Origin: Actinomycetota bacterium
GTDB taxonomy: Bacteria > Actinomycetota > Acidimicrobiia > Acidimicrobiales > JAFATL01
Reading direction: 5' to 3'
DNA: 64,000 bases
NCBI GenBank assembly: GCA_041166085.1
Contig: JBEEFP010000056.1
Location: forward strand, 48,449 to 112,448
Part shown: in pieces, positions 58,086 through 64,000 of the stretch
How positions within the stretch are numbered: the stretch's first letter is position 1
Layout of the letters: each line of letters opens with the position of its first letter
The notes under the pieces: model-generated
What the model saw: the letters and a program-made list of their open reading frames with translations, nothing else
The model's database searches: none
What the model was told of the DNA's origin: nothing
Made by a program: the position numbers and the translations under genes

Positions 58086-58099
58086 CGCGCGGCGCGGAC

Positions 58100-59047
58100 C
58101 TAGGTCGCGCGCGAGCGGAACCAGCGCAGCACCGCGCTGGTGCCTTCCGCCAGCGGGGTCCACGGCTTCCAGCCCAGGTAAGTCGCAGCCCGGCTCGGAT
58201 CAATGGACGAACGCTGCAACTCCCCTGGTCGGGCCGGTGCACGCTGAGCTGGCGGCGCCGACGGCACGACCGAGGCCATGAGGTCGTGGAGCTCGTTGAC
58301 GCTCGTCTCGATCCCGGTGCCGATGTTGAGCAGGAGTCCGTTACCCCGGACAGCCGCACGCGCGAAGGCGTCGACCACGTCGTCGACGTACACGAAGTCG
58401 CGCGTCTGGCTGCCGTCGCCGAAGATCGTGCAGGTCTCCCCCGCCAGCAACCGCGCCGCGAAGATGGCGATCACGCCGGCCTCGCCGTGCGGGTCCTGTC
58501 GAGGCCCGTACACGTTTGCCAGTGCCAGCGCGGTGAACTCGAGCTCGTGGAGGTCCCGGTAGGCGAGCAGGTAGTCGCCCACCGCCTTCTTGGCGACGCC
58601 GTAGGGCGACAGCGGGACCTGCGGGTGCGACTCCTTCACAGGCAGGTCGGCCGGGTCCGGCGAGCCGTAGATGGTGCCGCCGCTCGACGCGAACACCACC
58701 TTGGCCGCGCCACCCTGTCTCGCCCCTTCGAGGACGTTGAGCGAGCCGACGATGTTCACCTCGGCGTCGAAGGCCGGCCGCGCGACGGAAACCCGGACGT
58801 CGGCCTGCGCGGCCAGATGGAAGACCACCTCCGGACGCCGGCGAGCGATGAGGTCGACGACATCGGGGGAGCGGATGTCCGCGTGATGGAACGCGAAGTC
58901 CTTCTTGGCGCCGCGCGCCTCGGCCAGATTGGCGAGCGAGCCGACCGACAGGTCATCGATCACATCCACCAGGTGCCCTTCGGCGAGCAGGCGGTCGGTC
59001 AGCGTCGAGCCGATGAACCCCGCCCCCCCGGTGACGAGGGCCCTCAC
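58100..59047 (-). CDS. NAD-dependent epimerase (UDP-glucose 4-epimerase-like)
   Basis: [50 protein letters not shown]. Confidence 0.9.
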   Translation of the reverse strand: MRALVTGGAGFIGSTLTDRLLAEGHLVDVIDDLSVGSLANLAEARGAKKDFAFHHADIRSPDVVDLIARRRPEVVFHLAAQADVRVSVARPAFDAEVNIVGSLNVLEGARQGGAAKVVFASSGGTIYGSPDPADLPVKESHPQVPLSPYGVAKKAVGDYLLAYRDLHELEFTALALANVYGPRQDPHGEAGVIAIFAARLLAGETCTIFGDGSQTRDFVYVDDVVDAFARAAVRGNGLLLNIGTGIETSVNELHDLMASVVPSAPPAQRAPARPGELQRSSIDPSRAATYLGWKPWTPLAEGTSAVLRWFRSRAT

Positions 59048-60045
59048 GCGGGCTCCGGCACCCGGGCCCCGCTCAGAGTTGCACCCGGCTCGACGCAGAC
59101 ACCGTCACCGAGCACGGTGCAATCGACCACGTGGGCGCCCGCGCCGACGGTGACGCCCCGGCCGAGCACCGAACCCCGCACGACGGCGTCTGCGCCGATA
59201 CAGGCACCGGGGAGCACGACGGAGTCGCGCACCGAGGCACCCGCCTCGATGCGACCGGCCTGGCCCACGACCGACCGGGCCACGACCGCGTCGGGCGCGA
59301 CGGTCACTCCGTCGCCGAGCACCGGAGCTCCGCCGGCGCGGTCGACGACGTCGAGGTTTGCCTGCAGGTAACTGGCCGGCGTACCGGTGTCGATCCAGTA
59401 CGCGTCCGACGACAGGGCGTACAGCCGCCTCGCGGTCACGAGCAGGGGGAACGTCTCCCGTTCGATCGACACCCGCCGGCCCTCGGGCACCAGGTCGAGC
59501 ACCGACGGCTCGAGCACGTAGGTGCCGGCGTTGATCAGGTTGGTGGGTGCTTCGTCGCGCGGGGGCTTCTCGATGAACGCGATGACCTTCCCGTCGTCCT
59601 CTGTGGGGACGACCCCGTACGCAGACGGGTCGTCAACCGGCGTCAGGCTGATGGTGGCCTGCGCATCCCGTGCGCGGTGGAACTCGACCAGGGCGCTCAC
59701 GTCGAGCTCGGTGAGGACGTCGCCGTTCACCACCAGGAACGTCTCCTGCAGACCGGCTTCGCGCGCGGCGAAGCGCACCGCGCCCGCCGTGTCGAGGAGC
59801 TCTGGCTCGATGGCATAGGTGATCTCCACGCCCGCGCACATGCCATCCGGATATGCCTCGACGAAGGCGTCGGGTCGATAACCCATCGACAGCACGACGT
59901 GGCCGACGCCATGACCCGCCAGGTGGCGGACAACCCGCTCGATCATCGCCACGCCTGCGACGGGCAGCAGCTGCTTCGGGGTGGCCTCGGTCAGAGGGCG
60001 GAGGCGGGTGCCCTCACCCCCGACGAGGACCAGCGCGTCCATCAC
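59044..60045 (-). CDS. manC: NDP-sugar pyrophosphorylase (mannose-1-phosphate guanylyltransferase-like)
   Basis: GGEGTRLRPLT...PK, NGD, FIEKP, INAGTY, WIDTGTP, hexapeptide tail. Confidence 0.85.
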   Translation of the reverse strand: MMDALVLVGGEGTRLRPLTEATPKQLLPVAGVAMIERVVRHLAGHGVGHVVLSMGYRPDAFVEAYPDGMCAGVEITYAIEPELLDTAGAVRFAAREAGLQETFLVVNGDVLTELDVSALVEFHRARDAQATISLTPVDDPSAYGVVPTEDDGKVIAFIEKPPRDEAPTNLINAGTYVLEPSVLDLVPEGRRVSIERETFPLLVTARRLYALSSDAYWIDTGTPASYLQANLDVVDRAGGAPVLGDGVTVAPDAVVARSVVGQAGRIEAGASVRDSVVLPGACIGADAVVRGSVLGRGVTVGAGAHVVDCTVLGDGVCVEPGATLSGARVPEPA

Positions 60046-60047
60046 TC

Positions 60048-60797
60048 TCAGGGCTTCGTGGTGGTGGCGGTGGTCGCAGGAGGTGCCGTTGTCGTTGCAC
60101 CAGTTGTGGTGGGCGGCGTGGTGCTCTGTCCCGGAATGGTGGTCGTCGCGCCGAGGTCGCTCTGCACGTCACTCGGGTTGGTGACCTCCTTGGCCGACGG
60201 CGGCTGCTGGAGCTTCTGACCGGGGGCGAGGAAGGCGATGGTGATGACCTGCGCCTGCTTGAGGCGGATCTTGTTGGGATCGCCCTTGATGATCTGCACC
60301 GTCGTGTCCGAGGGCGTCTCCCAGACGCCGACCTGCAGCTTGCCCGGCTTCGACCCGCACTTGCTGCCGTTGCTGAGCTTGTCGCGGTCCGGCAGGTCGA
60401 TGCTGGTGCTGGTGAGCTTCACGCCCTCCTCGGCCATGAACACGCCGAGAACCGCCTTCTTGCCGGCCGCGTTGGCGGACTTGGGGTGGATGTGGATCAG
60501 CCCGTCGCCGTGGGAGTGGATGCCCACGGCGTCGCCTCTGGTGTCGGTCAGTCCGGCGTGCCACTGGCCGCAGATGTCGATGCCGTAGGCGGCGTGCCAG
60601 TGGTCCTTGCCGATGGCGGGCGGGTCGGCTGCGGCCTGGCTGAGGTCGGAACGGCTCGTGGCGATGCCGAGGACGCCGAGAATGACGACCAGGCCCATCA
60701 CGCTGTACCAGACCCACGGCGTACGCCCGCGACTGGTACGGCCGCCGCCCGTACTGGCCGCGCGCGCGACCTTCTTGCTGCTCGATGCCCTACCCAT
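60048..60797 (-). CDS. Membrane-anchored hypothetical protein with His motifs and Thr-rich tail
   Basis: TM, DHWHAAYGIDIC, GIHSHGDGLIHIHP; core-type codon usage. Confidence 0.8.
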   Translation of the reverse strand: MGRASSSKKVARAASTGGGRTSRGRTPWVWYSVMGLVVILGVLGIATSRSDLSQAAADPPAIGKDHWHAAYGIDICGQWHAGLTDTRGDAVGIHSHGDGLIHIHPKSANAAGKKAVLGVFMAEEGVKLTSTSIDLPDRDKLSNGSKCGSKPGKLQVGVWETPSDTTVQIIKGDPNKIRLKQAQVITIAFLAPGQKLQQPPSAKEVTNPSDVQSDLGATTTIPGQSTTPPTTTGATTTAPPATTATTTKP

Positions 60798-60809
60798 GAG
60801 CGATCGATG

Positions 60810-61670
60810 CTACCTGCGGCGCACGCCGTCCAGCAGTCGTTGGAGAGCGGCGAGCCCGGTGCGCACCGCCAGGCCGGCGGCCACGAGGGGCGCGAGCAGG
60901 GTGCGGCGGGGCGGCGCCGTCGTGCCCCACCAGAACTGGAACAGCGAGCGGTGGTGCGCAGCGATCATGCGGTACGGGTTCAGGTCGGTCGAGACGCCCT
61001 GGACGTGCACCACCCTGGCCGCAGGCTCATACGCCACCGCCCAGCCTGCCCGGTGGGCCCGCCAGCAGAGGTCCACGTCCTCGAGGTACATGAAGTAGCG
61101 CTCGTCGAAGCCACCGATCGCGTCGAAACAGGCGTGTCGGACGAGCATGCAGGAGCCCGACACCCACTCGGCGCGCGCGGCGTTGGCGTGGTCCCAGTCG
61201 AGCATCCGGTACCGGCGGGTGTAGCGGTTGCGGGGGGCAACCAGCCCGACGAAGGCGTGACCCACCGCGTCGCCCAGAGCCGGGAACGTGCGGGGCGAGG
61301 GGTAGAGCGACCCGTCCGGGTTCTCGATGCGCGGGCCCACGATGCCCACCACGGGGTCGTGCTCCAGCACCGCGGCCAGCGCCTTCACCGCCCCGGGTTC
61401 CACGACCGCGTCGGGGTTCATGATCAAGACATCGCCATCGAGCCGCGCCGCGCCGCGGTTGGCGGCCGATCCGAAGCCGAGGTTCGAGCCGGTGTGCACG
61501 ACCTCGATGTCGGGATCGCTGGCCACGGCCGCCTCCAGCGACCCGTCAGTGGACGCGTTGTCGGCGACGACGATGCGTTCGACGCCCTCGGCCCGCAGGC
61601 TGCGGATGCAGGCGACGAGATGCGACCCGGCGTTGTAGTTCACGACGACCGCGCCGGGCGCCTCGGTCAT
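60810..61670 (-). CDS. GT2 glycosyltransferase, WbbL-like rhamnosyltransferase
   Basis: [31 protein letters not shown]; between rmlD and manC as in other actinobacteria. Confidence 0.8.
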   Translation of the reverse strand: MTEAPGAVVVNYNAGSHLVACIRSLRAEGVERIVVADNASTDGSLEAAVASDPDIEVVHTGSNLGFGSAANRGAARLDGDVLIMNPDAVVEPGAVKALAAVLEHDPVVGIVGPRIENPDGSLYPSPRTFPALGDAVGHAFVGLVAPRNRYTRRYRMLDWDHANAARAEWVSGSCMLVRHACFDAIGGFDERYFMYLEDVDLCWRAHRAGWAVAYEPAARVVHVQGVSTDLNPYRMIAAHHRSLFQFWWGTTAPPRRTLLAPLVAAGLAVRTGLAALQRLLDGVRRR

Positions 61671-62602
61671 TGCGCCAGGCGCTCCCGGAAGTACGCGACC
61701 GTCCTCTCCAAGCCCTCGCGCAGGCCGATGGTGGGCTCCCAGCCGAGCACGGTGCGGGCCAGCGTGATGTCAGGCTTGCGCTGCGTCGGGTCGTCGACGG
61801 GCAGTGGCTCGAAGACGATCTCGGCCGACGACCCGGTGACGTCCAGCACCGTCTTGGCCAGCTCGAGGATCGTGTACTCGACCGGGTTGCCGATGTTCAC
61901 GGGACCGACGTAGTCCGAGCGCAGCAGGGCGAGGATGCCGCGCACCTCGTCGTCCACGAAGCAGAAGCTCCGGGTCTGGGAACCGTCGCCGTAGACGGTG
62001 AGCGCCTTCCCCTGCAGGGCCTGCACCACGAAGTTCGACACGGCGCGGCCGTCGTCGGGACGCATGCGATCGCCGAAGGTGTTGAAGATGCGGACGATGC
62101 GGACGTCGACGCCGTGATAGCGGTGGTACGCCATCGTCATGGCCTCGGCGAAGCGCTTGGCCTCGTCGTAGACCCCGCGGGGGCCGATCGGGTTGACGTT
62201 GCCCCAGTAGTCCTCGGTCTGGGGGTGCACTTCGGGATCGCCGTAGACCTCGCTGGTCGACGCGAGCAGCAAGCGGGCGCCCTTCTCTTTCGCCATGCCG
62301 AGGGCGTGCAGCGTGCCGAGACTGCCCACCTTGAGGATCGGGATGGGAATGCGCTCGAAGTCGGCCGGCGACGCCGGGCTGGCGAAGTGGAGGATGGCGT
62401 CCACGGGACCGCTGACGTGGATGTACTCGCTCACGTTGTGCTTGAGGAAGCTGAAGCCGTCGCGGCCGAACAGATGGGCCACGTTCTCGATGCGCCCGGT
62501 GAGCAGGTTGTCGACCGCGACCACGTCGTGGTCGTCCGCCAACAGCTCCTCGCACAGGTGCGAGCCGATGAACCCCGCGCCCCCAGTGACCACGACTCGC
62601 AT
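61667..62602 (-). CDS. UDP-glucuronate decarboxylase (UDP-xylose synthase)
   Basis: [64 protein letters not shown]. Confidence 0.9.
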   Translation of the reverse strand: MRVVVTGGAGFIGSHLCEELLADDHDVVAVDNLLTGRIENVAHLFGRDGFSFLKHNVSEYIHVSGPVDAILHFASPASPADFERIPIPILKVGSLGTLHALGMAKEKGARLLLASTSEVYGDPEVHPQTEDYWGNVNPIGPRGVYDEAKRFAEAMTMAYHRYHGVDVRIVRIFNTFGDRMRPDDGRAVSNFVVQALQGKALTVYGDGSQTRSFCFVDDEVRGILALLRSDYVGPVNIGNPVEYTILELAKTVLDVTGSSAEIVFEPLPVDDPTQRKPDITLARTVLGWEPTIGLREGLERTVAYFRERLAQ

Positions 62603-63873
62603 CAGACCCGACCGATCCCCTCGTACTGGAACCCTCTGCGCTTCATTGCCGCGGCGTCGAGAAGGTTCCGGGCGTCGACGATGCGTGCTCCCTTCAGGGC
62701 GTCCTTGACCTTGCCGAAGTCGAGCCAGCGAAACTCGTCCCACTCGGTGAGCACCGCGAGCACGTCGGCGTCCTGACACGCGGCGTACGGGTCGCGCAGC
62801 ACCTGCACGCCGTCGACGTCGCTGTCCACGGTCGGGTCGAAGGCCTGCACCGTCGCGCCCCGGTCGCGGAGCCGCCTGATGATGGCGAGCGACGGCGAGT
62901 CACGCAGGTCGCCGGTGCGAGCCTTGAACGTCAGACCCCACACGGCCACGGTGGCCCCGTCGAGAGCGCCGCCCGCCAGTCGCTCGATCTTCTCCGTCAC
63001 CCGCTCGAACTGCTCGTCGTTGACCTGGATGACGCCTTTCAGCAGCCCGAAGTCGTAGCCCGCCTCCTCGGCGATGCGCACGAGGGCGCGCGTGTCCTTC
63101 GGGAAGCAGCTCCCACCCCAACCGGGACCCGGCTTGAGGAACTCGAAGCCGATGCGCTTGTCGTAGCCCATGCCGAGCACCACCTCGCGCACGTCGGCTC
63201 CAACCGCCTCGCAGAGGTTTGCGATGGCGTTGACGAAGGAGACCTTGGTGGCCAGGAAGGCGTTGGACGCGTACTTGATCGTCTCCGCCGACGCCGGCGC
63301 GGTGACGACGAGCGGCGCCTGCACACCCTCGAGCAGGGAGCCGACCTTCACGGCCGCGGCCTGGTCCTCACTGCCGATGACGATGCGGTCGGGGTGGAGG
63401 CAGTCGTGGACGGCCGAGCCCTCGCGCAGGAACTCGGGGTTGGACACCACCACCACGTCATCTCGCCCGAGGTACTGCTCGACGACACGCGTGGACCCGA
63501 CCGGCACCGTCGACTTGTTGATGACGATGGCCTCGGCGTCGAGGTGCGGGCCGATCTCCTCGGCGACGGCGCGGATGTAGCTCAGGTCTGCCGACCCGTC
63601 CTCGCCCTGGGGCGTCGGCACGCAGAGGAACACGAACTCGATGCCGCGCACCGCCTTGGCTGCGCCCAGCACGAAGGAGAGGCGCCCGCCGTCGAGGCCC
63701 TCGCGCACGAGCTCGTCGAGTCCCGCCTCGACGATGGGCACTTCGCCCCGCTGCAGCATGGCGACCTTCTCAGGCACCACGTCCGCACAGACCACCGAGT
63801 GGCCGAGATGGGCGAGCACGGCGCCAGTGGTGAGACCGACGTATCCGGTTCCGATGATTGCGATGTCAGCCAT
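62602..63873 (-). CDS. ugd: UDP-glucose 6-dehydrogenase
   Basis: [42 protein letters not shown]. Confidence 0.93.
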   Translation of the reverse strand: MADIAIIGTGYVGLTTGAVLAHLGHSVVCADVVPEKVAMLQRGEVPIVEAGLDELVREGLDGGRLSFVLGAAKAVRGIEFVFLCVPTPQGEDGSADLSYIRAVAEEIGPHLDAEAIVINKSTVPVGSTRVVEQYLGRDDVVVVSNPEFLREGSAVHDCLHPDRIVIGSEDQAAAVKVGSLLEGVQAPLVVTAPASAETIKYASNAFLATKVSFVNAIANLCEAVGADVREVVLGMGYDKRIGFEFLKPGPGWGGSCFPKDTRALVRIAEEAGYDFGLLKGVIQVNDEQFERVTEKIERLAGGALDGATVAVWGLTFKARTGDLRDSPSLAIIRRLRDRGATVQAFDPTVDSDVDGVQVLRDPYAACQDADVLAVLTEWDEFRWLDFGKVKDALKGARIVDARNLLDAAAMKRRGFQYEGIGRV

Positions 63874-63885
63874 GCGATGCGTCAC

Positions 63886-64000
63886 TCATTCTGCGAGGAG
63901 CTCCTTGACCAGGCGCTCGAGTGGGTCGTGATGATCGGGCAGCAGCGGCACACCCTGCAGGCGCAGGGCGGCATTGTCCAGCACGGAGTTGGCGGGACGG
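63886..64000 (-). CDS. rmlD: 3' end of dTDP-4-dehydrorhamnose reductase (partial)
   Basis: Manual translation RPANSVLDNAALRLQGVPLLP...LLAE*; RP.NSVL motif and synteny. Confidence 0.7.
   Translation of the reverse strand, partial: RPANSVLDNAALRLQGVPLLPDHHDPLERLVKELLAE

Overview
High-GC actinobacterial chromosome segment; the gene content and style suggest Acidimicrobiia (inference). The backbone is the conserved actinobacterial block rmlD/wbbL/manC ... cofD-cofE ... GT2-DUF5719-DUF3499-pmm-Trm112-pgi/pmi-ahcY-mtnA-comF-hpf-response regulator. whiB, manA and mtrAB-lpqB are missing from their usual slots. A large surface-glycan locus is interleaved: Wzm/Wzt exporter, two WbdA-like double-GT4 enzymes, methyltransferase and coiled-coil proteins, GT-C enzymes, a GtrA-GT2 fusion and a UDP-xylose pathway. 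Main observations: (1) three secreted proteins (SpoIID/LytB, amidase, FG-GAP propeller) share the same C-terminal 5+1 'GGGPHV' repeat domain, a candidate glycan-binding wall anchor encoded inside the glycan locus; (2) a hidden 62-aa FlgM-like ORF and up to four sigma28/WhiG-type promoter motifs; (3) a mirror-image 'coiled-coil + double-GT4' module; (4) a modular REP-like repeat with a nested inverted-repeat insertion. No rRNA, tRNA, CRISPR or transposase was seen. All calls come from reading the sequence; no searches were run.
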